Shown here: piece by piece, positions 24,327-35,700 of the stretch | Layout of the letters: the number at the start of each line of letters is the position of its first letter | Position numbering within the stretch: the first letter of the stretch is position 1 | Source of the DNA: Eledone cirrhosa | Lineage: Eukaryota | Assembly (NCBI GenBank): GCA_964016885.1 | Contig: OZ024741.1 | Span: forward strand, 264,182,001 to 264,246,000 | DNA length: 64,000 nucleotides | Direction of reading: 5' to 3' | Translations under genes and position numbers: made by a program | The notes under the pieces: generated by a model | What the model was told of the DNA's origin: nothing | What the model saw: the letters and a program-made list of their open reading frames with translations, nothing else | Database searches by the model: none

Positions 24327-26425
24327 ATGGCTACGAAAAAGAAATTTCATACGTCACTCCCACTCATTCCGTTTTCTTCTTCCTCAATCATCACTACAGC
24401 AGAGAGAAGATTGTCTCTCTCCCTCCCTTCTTTAAATGTGTCTCTCTCCCTCCCTTCGCTTTCGCAAGTGACGAAAGAAAAGAAAAGTCTCGTGCAAAGC
24501 GTGCAAGGTTTCTCCACGACGACGACGACAGCGACGAAACAGGTGTGCGGGAAATACGAAAACCCAGTTCATTCGTCTGACGTCAGGAATAATAGCAGTA
24601 GCAGCCGTAATAACAACAGCAACAGTGACAATGAAAACAACAGTAGCAGCCGCAACAGCATCACCAGCAGCATAAACAACAACAGCATTAGCAGCAGCAA
24701 CACCAACAACAACCACAGCAACAGCGGCGGAGGCAGTAGTCGTAGTACCTGCAGCAACAACAAAAGTACCAGCAGCTCTGACGACAACAACAACAGCAGA
24801 GAAAAACCAATCTCATTTGCAGGTATTGCGAAAAACTTGGAAACAATCCTCATAACAAATGAGGAATTAGAGGAAGCGAAGAAGATGGTGACAAAGAACG
24901 GACACCGAGCAATCTGCAAGGCAGCGAAAAAAATTTTTTCGAAACCCAAGAGCACTGTACGGTCACGTACCGTACAGTAAGTACAAAATCCCGTAGGGTG
25001 GAAAGAGCCACAGAGGCCCAAATACAAAAAGCCTTGGGGTCTGTGTGGCAGAGGAAAACGCACATCACCCGAGGCAAAAAATACGCCACCGTAGACGTAC
25101 TTTTTGCCACACCCCAGGAGGCAAAGGCCCAATCAGTAGTGACCCTAAGGAGCGAGGAAATGGTGTTGGTGCCCTCCTACTGCGGGCAAAAAATTGTGAG
25201 GGTCAAACTGACCCACGTCCCCCCCGGAATGACCCCTTCTTGGCTGGCCGCGTCTGTCCTCGTCGGAATCGAGGACAAAACAACTGTACTGCAAGTACAG
25301 AAAAAAGTAAGAGAAGATTGGGTCGGCTCCTCCATTGAGATGCTAATCCAAACCAACCAGGAGTGCATCGAAGCTATCCCGGATGTGATAGACTTCGATA
25401 ACGGCACTCAACTGCCCATAAGTGTTGAGGGCAAACGCCCGAAATGCTTTCGCTGTGGATCGAAGACTCACCTCAGGGCCTTCTGCAACGAGAAGACCCT
25501 GAGAAAGGAGAAAACCCCCCTCCTTCCGAATCCGGCTCCACGGCTACCAGCAACAGGACAAGCGGCAACCAGGAACGATAGGTCCGTGGCACCCATACCC
25601 ACTCCACGGAAATCAAAGACAGCAGCAGCAGTGGAAATATTAACAACAACAACAGCAATACCAAATGCAGCTGCAACAGAGACTCCAGTGCAAACATCAC
25701 CAACAACAACAAGTGAAAGAGTGGAGCTGGTACCCCTCCCCGACCTTACAGAATCAGACATGGAGTGTGAGGTGGGAGAGGGATGGCAAAAGGTCGCAAG
25801 AAGGCACAAACGCAGAAGCAGCGCATCGTCGCCTTTGAAAAGGGAGGAAAGAAATGAGAAAAGGGTAAAGTCTACTGCAAAGAGACCCACAGCATCAACA
25901 CCACCAACACCATCACCACCCACACCAGCACCACCATCACCACCGGCGACAACCCCACCGCCAACAACACCTTCAACACCACCACCACAAGCACCAACAT
26001 CGCAAACACAACAACAAAACACACACACCCAGCAACAACGACAAGAAAATAGCAGAACCACACCCCACCCCCAGAAAAACAAATGCACGGCAATAAACAC
26101 ACACAACAAGAAACTAATGACTTACATAATTGAACACACAGACATTTCACAACAGGACTACATAATACCAGCACCAATCAAAACGCCAACTAACATAAGA
26201 CTGCTAAAAATAGCACAGAAACAATACACAAACATTAAAACGAAATTCCCCAACGCAGTTGGTGATTTCAGGGACCTAGGAGGAACCATCAATCGAAGAG
26301 TATATTCAGACATTCTCTTAGAAGAGCCGACGACCAGCCGAAGGGACGATTCAACGGTCCCTTCACCAGACGATCAAGTGAAAAGGGATGTAAAAACCAT
26401 CCCTCCTCTACCAAAAGTACGGTAA
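24327..26425 (+). pseudogene. C1 ORF1 with one frameshift (two extra A in an A-run near 24930)
   Basis: A7 here versus A5 in C2. Otherwise colinear with the intact 700-aa ORF1. Could be a homopolymer sequencing error. Confidence 0.8.
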
Positions 26426-26460
26426 GTGGTCTTTCCCATCTTTTCCACTCTATTTTAAAC

Positions 26461-29400
26461 ATGACCTCACTCAGAATAGGCAGCATAAATGCGCGTGGCT
26501 TGGGGTCGTCATGGAAGCAGGGTCACCTGCTCAACGACCTCAGGTCACTAAACATAGATGTAGTGGCCATCAGCGAGACCAGAATCTCCGAAGCACGGGC
26601 CTTCGCACCGATCTTCGGCGGCTACGATGTGTACGCATCTCCCAGCCGTCCTGGATCGGGTGGAGGAGTTGCTGTGCTTTTTCGGAGAGGTTTGGATCTC
26701 GCCATACGGGCCATCTTCCTGGACCCAGAGGGTAAGCTGGTGGTGCTGGACGTGACCAGCGGAGACGGGCAAGCTTTCAGGCTAGTGGCCGTCTATGCCC
26801 CGACAGGAGCAGGGCGGCCTGATTTCTTCCGGCGTCTGGAGACCTTTCTTGGAACGTCCCGCTCTTTAGTGTTAGTGGGCGACTGGAACGGGATCTTAGA
26901 TGCACGCTGGGACTGTGTGGGATTAGCGGATAGGGGTGGAGGGTGCAAGAGCCTCACCAACCTGCTCAGGCGTTTTGAACTGTCTGACAGGTACCGATTG
27001 GATTTCCCGAATGTGCCAATGTGGACTTGGACAAACCGCATAGGGTCATCCAGATCATATCTAGATAGAGTATTTTGTAGGGAAATAGATAGGTCTAGCA
27101 TAGGCTGTCCACAATTCAAGATAGTCAGCTACACGGACCACAAATTCGTGATCTGTGTGCTTGACCTAGATAGGCTTCATAGACGAGGACCCGGCTACTG
27201 GAAGCTAAACGCGTCCTTACCAGCGCGCAAGGCCTACAGAGACCGGATTAGCGAACTAGTTAAGCGGGCGTTGACAGGGGCCATCGTCAACAACAAGTGG
27301 TGGTTTGCTCTGAAAAGAGCGATTAGAATAGAATCGATTAGGTTTAGTAAGGCTTTAGCAATAGAGAAAAATAGAGCAGAGGGAGAACTAGTTAGAAAAT
27401 TAGACGAGGCGCTTAGCAAAGGCATTGCGACCGACGTGCTTGCGGCGAAATTGGCCCTTGACCAATTCTTCAATGCAAAGCACGAAGGCTGCGTTGTCAG
27501 AGCTAGGGTGCGTGCTCTCAGACACGAGGGGACGAAAGCCGTTCAATGGGCCCGAGTGGCGGAGGCGCGTCGTGGCAACAAAGCCACGATCCGGTCTTTG
27601 GTGGACCACGACGGGCGCATGCTACTCGATCCCGGGCAAATGTGTGAAGCTTTTCAGCGACACTTCGCTCAGCTGTTCGGGGGCAGCGGGGGGCCGGGTA
27701 GAGGGATGGACTTTAGTGTCTACCTCGACGGACTGCCGCGGCTCTCGGCCACTGAGGCGAAGTGTTGCGAAAAGCCGATAACAGCCGCTGAAGTACGGGA
27801 GGCAATGACTGGCTGCACAAGGGGTAAATCGCCTGGTTTGGATGGTCTGCCCTATGAACTTTACGTACAGATGCCAGACTTGTTCGGAGGCCTCTTGGCG
27901 GACGTCTACTGCAACTGGCAACAGAACGGGAGAATTCCCAGTTCTGTGAGCCGAGGAGCGGTGGCACTGCTGAGAAAGGATCCGAACAAGGGGGATAACA
28001 TAGACAATTTCCGGCCCATAACTCTGCTAAACACAGAGTTTAAGATTTTGGCCAAGGTGCTAGCAAAGAGGTTGGCGCTTGTCGTTGGTGGTCTGGTGGG
28101 AGAGGCGCAGACATGCGCCATTCCCGACAGATCCATCCACGACAACCTCCACCTCATGCGATACATCGTAGAGAGGGTAGCTAGGGAACCTGGCACGGGT
28201 GGGTCCTTGATCAATTTAGATCAGTCGAAAGCTTTCGATAGGGTCGACCATCGTTACCTAGCGGCAGTCCTGAGGGCGGCTGGCTTTGGGCCCGTCTTCA
28301 GAGGCTGGATCGCTGCCATGCACAGCGACATCTGCTCTGTGGTGAGAGTGAACGGTCACCTGTCGGAACCGTTCAACATCATGCGCTCGGTCCGCCAAGG
28401 ATGTCCCCTCTCGTCCCTCTTGTACGTATTGACTCTCGAGCCATTACTGCACAAACTGGAGACGTTGAGGGGAGTCCCGCGCGAACTAGGATGCGGAAGA
28501 TCCGTGTCAGCATATGCGGACGATGTCACCGTAGTGGTGTCGAACGCCAAACACATCGAGGCGATCGGCACTACACTAAGAGAATACGAAGCGGTGACAG
28601 GAGCAATGATCAACCAGGAAAAGTCAGTGGGCCTGCAGCTCGGCACCTGGAGAGGCAGGTCCATGCCGTCCAACAGCGTCGTCGGGCGCTGGACGGACGG
28701 ACCGGTTAAATTGCTAGGGGTCTGGTTCGGTCCAGACCTCCAGACAGACAAAAACTGGGACGAGGTGACGAGCAGGGTGGCTTCTCTCACCCAGAAATGG
28801 GCGGAGAGGAAGCTATCCCTGAAAGGTCGAGCGGAGGTGGCTAACGCGTACATCGCGTCTGTCATCTGCTACCGCCTGACCGTCGTACCTTGTCCTAAGC
28901 CTCGCCTGACTGCGCTGGAGCGTTTGCTCTTTCGCTTTTTGTGGAAGGGACGTGCTCCGATGGTCAGGCGGTCCATCTGTTGTCAACACCCGCTACGTGG
29001 AGGGCTGGGCATGCCGTGGCTGATGATGCGCAGGCACGCGCTCAGGCTACGACATCTCCACCTCTTCCTCGACGGTGATCAGGTGTGGTCGCCGTTTGCT
29101 AGACGCGTTTTTCCCCAGCTCGTTTCCTTGACGGAGCTGCAGTCCTGGGTCAAGCGAAGACCGAGAGGGAGCGCCTGGAGACTGGAATGTCTTCAGGCGC
29201 TCACAGCCCTCGACCAATCGGGCAATGTGATCGGTGGAAACTCCACCTCGGCGTTCTATAGAGGATTAGTGGAGGGGAAGAGCGACGACGTACTTGGGGA
29301 AACTCTAGGCGTCGACGAAAATCAACTAGCCAATCTCTTCGGAAGAACTTTCGGGCCAGGGCCTATGGACAACTTCCAGAAATCTCTGGCCTGGAAGTGC

Positions 29401-29880
29401 TACCGAGGAGCCTTGCCAGTTCGGGATAAACTCTACAGGCATGGAGGTGCCGTCAGCCGGGCATGTCCGAGATGCGCGCAGGGCGACGAAACCGTCCTGC
29501 ACGCACTCGTCCAGTGTCCGAAAATTGCTGACTTGTGGGTTTATGTCGAACACCTGCTGTCGCGTTTAGGACGGATCCAGCTATCATCTGAGTCTATCGT
29601 GAGGATTGCCCCGCCCTCCTCCTTTAGCCGGGAAGGGCAGGCAGTTTTTATCTGTCTGGTGGCCATGGCGAAAGAGATAGTATGGTGGACACGTTTGAAA
29701 GGGCTGAAGACGAGCACTTACCTCTTCGGTGATGCTCTGATTGACTTTTTCAAATTTCATTTGAAAAGGAAAATCAGAGTAGAGAAGGAAGTGCTCTCTT
29801 CCCAGCATTTTGTTGAAAGATGGGTGAGAGAAGCAAGAATGGCCCGAGTGAATGGGCCGACTCTGAGTATATATCTGTAA
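26461..29880 (+). CDS. C1 ORF2: APE endonuclease + reverse transcriptase + C-terminal CCHC, 1139 aa, intact
   Basis: SINARG/SET/YAP/GDWN/LDRVF/TDH, PGLDG, FRPITLLN, DQSKAFD, RQGCPLS, YADD, LLGV, GGLG, CPRCx8Hx4C. Confidence 0.97.
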   Translation: MTSLRIGSINARGLGSSWKQGHLLNDLRSLNIDVVAISETRISEARAFAPIFGGYDVYASPSRPGSGGGVAVLFRRGLDLAIRAIFLDPEGKLVVLDVTSGDGQAFRLVAVYAPTGAGRPDFFRRLETFLGTSRSLVLVGDWNGILDARWDCVGLADRGGGCKSLTNLLRRFELSDRYRLDFPNVPMWTWTNRIGSSRSYLDRVFCREIDRSSIGCPQFKIVSYTDHKFVICVLDLDRLHRRGPGYWKLNASLPARKAYRDRISELVKRALTGAIVNNKWWFALKRAIRIESIRFSKALAIEKNRAEGELVRKLDEALSKGIATDVLAAKLALDQFFNAKHEGCVVRARVRALRHEGTKAVQWARVAEARRGNKATIRSLVDHDGRMLLDPGQMCEAFQRHFAQLFGGSGGPGRGMDFSVYLDGLPRLSATEAKCCEKPITAAEVREAMTGCTRGKSPGLDGLPYELYVQMPDLFGGLLADVYCNWQQNGRIPSSVSRGAVALLRKDPNKGDNIDNFRPITLLNTEFKILAKVLAKRLALVVGGLVGEAQTCAIPDRSIHDNLHLMRYIVERVAREPGTGGSLINLDQSKAFDRVDHRYLAAVLRAAGFGPVFRGWIAAMHSDICSVVRVNGHLSEPFNIMRSVRQGCPLSSLLYVLTLEPLLHKLETLRGVPRELGCGRSVSAYADDVTVVVSNAKHIEAIGTTLREYEAVTGAMINQEKSVGLQLGTWRGRSMPSNSVVGRWTDGPVKLLGVWFGPDLQTDKNWDEVTSRVASLTQKWAERKLSLKGRAEVANAYIASVICYRLTVVPCPKPRLTALERLLFRFLWKGRAPMVRRSICCQHPLRGGLGMPWLMMRRHALRLRHLHLFLDGDQVWSPFARRVFPQLVSLTELQSWVKRRPRGSAWRLECLQALTALDQSGNVIGGNSTSAFYRGLVEGKSDDVLGETLGVDENQLANLFGRTFGPGPMDNFQKSLAWKCYRGALPVRDKLYRHGGAVSRACPRCAQGDETVLHALVQCPKIADLWVYVEHLLSRLGRIQLSSESIVRIAPPSSFSREGQAVFICLVAMAKEIVWWTRLKGLKTSTYLFGDALIDFFKFHLKRKIRVEKEVLSSQHFVERWVREARMARVNGPTLSIYL

Positions 29881-30152
29881 ACTAAAGGTGGAAAACTGGG
29901 AGAGGGCACTTGCCTTGGTGGTCAGGGTCATTGTGGCTTTTTACTGGGCTTTCTCCACAAATGTCCCTCCGAAGTCTCCCCCCTATTGGGGAATTTTTCA
30001 TTGTTATTTTCATTGTTATTTTTGTTACATCCTCTGTTTTTGTTTTTTTACACGCAGAAATGCCCATTTGTACCGTCCTGCATTGTCCTGCACTGTCCTT
30101 AATGTCTACTTTATGTAAACCCTTGTGGTTAATAAAGAAATCATTATTATTA

Positions 30153-30189
<37 letters not shown>

Positions 30190-30313
30190 TGTTGTTTTTT
30201 TCTGTTGTTGCTTTTGTTGTTAATGTTTTATGTTGTTGCTGGTGTTGTTGTTAATGATGTTCTTTATTATTATTATTATTATACATGTCGGCCCTTGTGG
30301 CTAATAAATGAAA

Positions 30314-30357
<44 letters not shown>

Positions 30358-30571
30358 GAATGCCATGGTTGACGGAGGCTCGGCTCTGTAAGGTATAGTA
30401 ATTTTTAACCGTTAACACAATTGTAAATTGTTTAAAACTTGAACCAAATTGTTGATAAAGACACCCTCCTCCTCGTGAGAGGGGTCTTTCTGTCCGTTAT
30501 TTGGCCCTTCGGAGTTAAATAACCAGTTATTGGGGTTTTGTACCCAATATTCATTTAAAAAAAAAAACAAC

Positions 30572-32674
30572 ATGGCTACGAAAAAGAAATTTCATACGTC
30601 ACTCCCACTCATTCCGTTTTCTTCTTCCTCAATCATCACTACAGCAGAGAGAAGATTGTCTCTCTCCCTCCCTTCTTTAAATGTGTCTCTCTCCCTCCCT
30701 TCGCTTTCGCAAGTGACGAAAGAAAAGAAAAGTCTCGTGCAAAGCGTGCAAGGTTTCTCCACGACGACGACGACAGCGACGAAACAGGTGTGCGGGAAAT
30801 ACGAAAACCCAGTTCATTCGTCTGACGTCAGGAATAATAGCAGTAGCAGCCGTAATAACAACAGCAACAGTGACAATGAAAACAACAGTAGCAGCCGCAA
30901 CAGCATCACCAGCAGCATAAACAACAACAGCATTAGCAGCAGCAACACCAACAACAACCACAGCAACAGCGGCGGAGGCAGTAGTCGTAGTACCTGCAGC
31001 AACAACAAAAGTACCAGCAGCTCTGACGACAACAACAACAGCAGCAGCAGAGAAAAACCAATCTCATTTGCAGGTATTGCGAAAAACTTGGAAACAATCC
31101 TCATAACAAATGAGGAATTAGAGGAAGCGAAGAAGATGGTGACAAAGAACGGACACCGAGCAATCTGCAAGGCAGCGAAAAATTTTTTCGAAACCCAAGA
31201 GCACTGTACGGTCACGTACCGTACAGTAAGTACAAAATCCCGTAGGGTGGAAAGAGCCACAGAGGCCCAAATACAAAAAGCCTTGGGGTCTGTGTGGCAG
31301 AGGAAAACGCACATCACCCGAGGCAAAAAATACGCCACCGTAGACGTACTTTTTGCCACACCCCAGGAGGCAAAGGCCCAATCAGTAGTGACCCTAAGGA
31401 GCGAGGAAATGGTGTTGGTGCCCTCCTACTGCGGGCAAAAAATTGTGAGGGTCAAACTGACCCACGTCCCCCCCGGAATGACCCCTTCTTGGCTGGCCGC
31501 GTCTGTCCTCGTCGGAATCGAGGACAAAACAACTGTACTGCAAGTACAGAAAAAAGTAAGAGAAGATTGGGTCGGCTCCTCCATTGAGATGCTAATCCAA
31601 ACCAACCAGGAGTGCATCGAAGCTATCCCGGATGTGATAGACTTCGATAACGGCACTCAACTGCCCATAAGTGTTGAGGGCAAACGCCCGAAATGCTTTC
31701 GCTGTGGATCGAAGACTCACCTCAGGGCCTTCTGCAACGAGAAGACCCTGAGAAAGGAGAAAACCCCCCTCCTTCCGAATCCGGCTCCACGGCTACCAGC
31801 AACAGGACAAGCGGCAACCAGGAACGATAGGTCCGTGGCACCCATACCCACTCCACGGAAATCAAAGACAGCAGCAGCAGTGGAAATATTAACAACAACA
31901 ACAGCAATACCAAATGCAGCTGCAACAGAGACTCCAGTGCAAACATCACCAACAACAACAAGTGAAAGAGTGGAGCTGGTACCCCTCCCCGACCTTACAG
32001 AATCAGACTTGGAGTGTGAGGTGGGAGAGGGATGGCAAAAGGTCGCAAGAAGGCACAAACGCAGAAGCAGCGCATCGTCGCCTTTGAAAAGGGAGGAAAG
32101 AAATGAGAAAAGGGTAAAGTCTACTGCAAAGAGACCCACAGCAGCAACACCACCAACACCATCACCACCCACACCAGCACCACCATCACCACCGGCGACA
32201 ACCCCACCGCCAACAACACCTTCAACACCACCACCACAAGCACCAACATCGCAAACACAACAACAAAACACACACACCCAGCAACAACGACAAGAAAATA
32301 GCAGAACCACACCCCACCCCCAGAAAAACAAATGCACGGCAATAAACACACACAACAAGAAACTAATGACTTACATAATTGAACACACAGACATTTCACA
32401 ACAGGACTACATAATACCAGCACCAATCAAAACGCCAACTAACATAAGACTGCTAAAAATAGCACAGAAACAATACACAAACATTAAAACGAAATTCCCC
32501 AACGCAGTTGGTGATTTCAGGGACCTAGGAGGAACCATTAATCGAAGAGTATATTCAGACATTCTCTTAGAAGAGCCGACGACCAGCCGAAGGGACGATT
32601 CAACGGTCCCTTCACCAGACGATCAAGTGAAAAGGGATGTAAAAACCATCCCTCCTCTACCAAAAGTACGGTAA
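30572..32674 (+). CDS. C2 ORF1: nucleic-acid-binding protein, 700 aa
   Basis: ATG in aacATGG context. N/S-rich N-terminus, SFAGIA motif, RRM-like region, zinc knuckle CFRCGSKTHLRAFC (CX2CX4HX4C), WQKVARRHKRR, Pro/Thr tail. Confidence 0.9.
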   Translation: MATKKKFHTSLPLIPFSSSSIITTAERRLSLSLPSLNVSLSLPSLSQVTKEKKSLVQSVQGFSTTTTTATKQVCGKYENPVHSSDVRNNSSSSRNNNSNSDNENNSSSRNSITSSINNNSISSSNTNNNHSNSGGGSSRSTCSNNKSTSSSDDNNNSSSREKPISFAGIAKNLETILITNEELEEAKKMVTKNGHRAICKAAKNFFETQEHCTVTYRTVSTKSRRVERATEAQIQKALGSVWQRKTHITRGKKYATVDVLFATPQEAKAQSVVTLRSEEMVLVPSYCGQKIVRVKLTHVPPGMTPSWLAASVLVGIEDKTTVLQVQKKVREDWVGSSIEMLIQTNQECIEAIPDVIDFDNGTQLPISVEGKRPKCFRCGSKTHLRAFCNEKTLRKEKTPLLPNPAPRLPATGQAATRNDRSVAPIPTPRKSKTAAAVEILTTTTAIPNAAATETPVQTSPTTTSERVELVPLPDLTESDLECEVGEGWQKVARRHKRRSSASSPLKREERNEKRVKSTAKRPTAATPPTPSPPTPAPPSPPATTPPPTTPSTPPPQAPTSQTQQQNTHTQQQRQENSRTTPHPQKNKCTAINTHNKKLMTYIIEHTDISQQDYIIPAPIKTPTNIRLLKIAQKQYTNIKTKFPNAVGDFRDLGGTINRRVYSDILLEEPTTSRRDDSTVPSPDDQVKRDVKTIPPLPKVR

Positions 32675-32709
32675 GTGGTCTTTCCCATCTTTTCCACTCT
32701 ATTTTAAAC

Positions 32710-35700
32710 ATGACCTCACTCAGAATAGGCAGCATAAATGCGCGTGGCTTGGGGTCGTCATGGAAGCAGGGTCACCTGCTCAACGACCTCAGGTCACTAA
32801 ACATAGATGTAGTGGCCATCAGCGAGACCAGAATCTCCGAAGCACGGGCCTTCGCACCGATCTTCGGCGGCTACGATGTGTACGCATCTCCCAGCCGTCC
32901 TGGATCGGGTGGAGGAGTTGCTGTGCTTTTTCGGAGAGGTTTGGATCTCGCCATACGGGCCATCTTCCTGGACCCAGAGGGTAAGCTGGTGGTGCTGGAC
33001 GTGACCAGCGGAGACGGGCAAGCTTTCAGGCTAGTGGCCGTCTATGCCCCGACAGGAGCAGGGCGGCCTGATTTCTTCCGGCGTCTGGAGACCTTTCTTG
33101 GAACGTCCCGCTCTTTAGTGTTAGTGGGCGACTGGAACGGGATCTTAGATGCACGCTGGGACTGTGTGGGATTAGCGGATAGGGGTGGAGGGTGCAAGAG
33201 CCTCACCAACCTGCTCAGGCGTTTTGAACTGTCTGACAGGTACCGATTGGATTTCCCGAATGTGCCAATGTGGACTTGGACAAACCGCATAGGGTCATCC
33301 AGATCATATCTAGATAGAGTATTTTGTAGGGAAATAGATAGGTCTAGCATAGGCTGTCCACAATTCAAGATAGTCAGCTACACGGACCACAAATTCGTGA
33401 TCTGTGTGCTTGACTTAGATAGGCTTCATAAACGAGGACCCGGCTACTGGAAGCTAAACGCGTCCTTACCAGCGCGCAAGGCCTACAGAGACCGGATTAG
33501 CGAACTAGTTAAGCGGGCGTTGACGGGGGCCATCGTCAACAACAAGTGGTGGTTTGCTCTGAAAAGAGCGATTAGAATAGAATCGATTAGGTTTAGTAAG
33601 GCTTTAGCAATAGAGAAAAATAGAGCAGAGGGAGAACTAGTTAGAAAATTAGACGAGGCGCTTAGCAAAGGCATTGCGACCGACGTGCTTGCGGCGAAAT
33701 TGGCCCTTGACCAATTCTTCAATGCAAAGCACGAAGGCTGCGTTGTCAGAGCTAGGGTGCGTGCTCTCAGACACGAGGGGACGAAAGCCGTTCAATGGGC
33801 CCGAGTGGCGGAGGCGCGTCGTGGCAACAAAGCCACGATCCGGTCTTTGGTGGACCACGACGGGCGCATGCTACTCGATCCCGGGCAAATGTGTGAAGCT
33901 TTTCAGCGACACTTCGCTCAGCTGTTCGGGGGCAGCGGTGGGCCGGGTAGAGGGATGGACTTTAGTGTCTACCTCGACGGACTGCCGCGGCTCTCGGCCA
34001 CTGAGGCGAAGTGTTGCGAAAAGCCGATAACAGCCGCTGAAGTAAGGGAGGCAATGACTGGCTGCACAAGGGGTAAATCGCCTGGTTTGGATGGTCTGCC
34101 CTATGAACTTTACGTACAGATGCCAGACTTGTTCGGGGGCCTCTTGGCGGACGTCTACTGCAACTGGCAACAGAACGGGAGAATTCCCAGTTCTGTGAGC
34201 CGAGGAGCGGTGGCACCGCTGAGAAAGGATCCGAACAAGGGGGATAACATAGACAATTTCCGGCCCATAACTCTGCTAAACACAGAGTTTAAGATTTTGG
34301 CCAAGGTGCTAGCAAAGAGGTTGGCGCTTGTCGTTGGTGGTCTGGTGGGAGAGGCGCAGACATGCGCCATTCCCGACAGATCCATCCACGACAACCTCCA
34401 CCTCATGCGATACATCGTAGAGAGGGTAGCTAGGGAACCTGGCACGGGTGGGTCCTTGATCAATTTAGATCAGTCGAAAGCTTTCGATAGGGTCGACCAT
34501 CGTTACCTAGCGGCAGTCCTGAGGGCGGCTGGCTTTGGGCCCGTCTTCAGAGGCTGGATCGCTGCCATGCACAGCGACATCTGCTCTGTGGTGAGAGTGA
34601 ACGGTCACCTGTCGGAACCGTTCAACATCATGCGCTCGGTCCGCCAAGGATGTCCCCTCTCGTCCCTCTTGTACGTATTGACTCTCGAGCCATTACTGCA
34701 CAAACTGGAGACGTTGAGGGGAGTCCCGCGCGAACTAGGATGCGGAAGATCCGTGTCAGCATATGCCGACGATGTCACCGTAGTGGTGTCGAACGCCAAA
34801 CACATCGAGGCGATCGGCACTACACTAAGAGAATACGAAGCGGTGACAGGAGCAATGATCAACCAGGAAAAGTCAGTGGGCCTGCAGCTCGGCACCTGGA
34901 GAGGCAGGTCCATGCCGTCCAACAGCGTCGTCGGGCGCTGGACGGACGGACCGGTTAAATTGCTAGGGGTCTGGTTCGGTCCGGACCTCCAGACGGACAA
35001 AAACTGGGACGAGGTGACGAGCAGGGTGGCTTCTCTCACCCAGAAATGGGCGGAGAGGAAGCTATCCCTGAAAGGTCGAGCGGAGGTGGCTAACGCGTAC
35101 ATCGCGTCTGTCATCTGCTACCGCCTAACCATCGTACCTTGTCCTAAGCCTCGCCTGACTGCGCTGGAGCGTTTGCTCTTTCGCTTTTTGTGGAAGGGAC
35201 GTGCTCCAATGGTCAGGCGGTCCATCTGTTGTCAACACCCGCTACGTGGAGGGCTGGGCATGCCGTGGCTGATGATGCGCAGGCACGCGCTCAGGCTACG
35301 ACATCTCCACCTCTTCCTCGACGGTGATCAGGTGTGGTCGCCGTTTGCTAGACGCGTTTTTCCCCAGCTCGTTTCCTTGACGGAGCTGCAGTCCTGGGTC
35401 AAGCGAAGACCGAGAGGGAGCGCCTGGAGACTGGAATGTCTTCAGGCGCTCACAGCCCTCGACCAATCGGGCAATGTGATCGGTGGAAACTCCACCTCGG
35501 CGTTCTATAGAGGATTAGTGGAGGGGAAGAGCGACGACGTACTTGGGGAAACTCTAGGCGTCGACGAAAATCAACTAGCCAATCTCTTCGGAAGAACTTT
35601 CGGGCCGGGGCCTATGGACAACTTCCAGAAATCTCTGGCCTGGCAGTGCTACCGAGGAGCCTTGCCAGTTCGGGATAAACTCTACAGGCATGGAGGTGCC

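Larger units (their letters stand above)
24113..30142 (+). mobile_element. Tx1-group LINE, unit C1: full length, ~6.03 kb
   Basis: 5' end gaatgccatgg after (ATT)14, ORF1, ORF2, 3' UTR, AATAAA and ATT tail. Nearly identical to C2 and C3. Confidence 0.96.
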
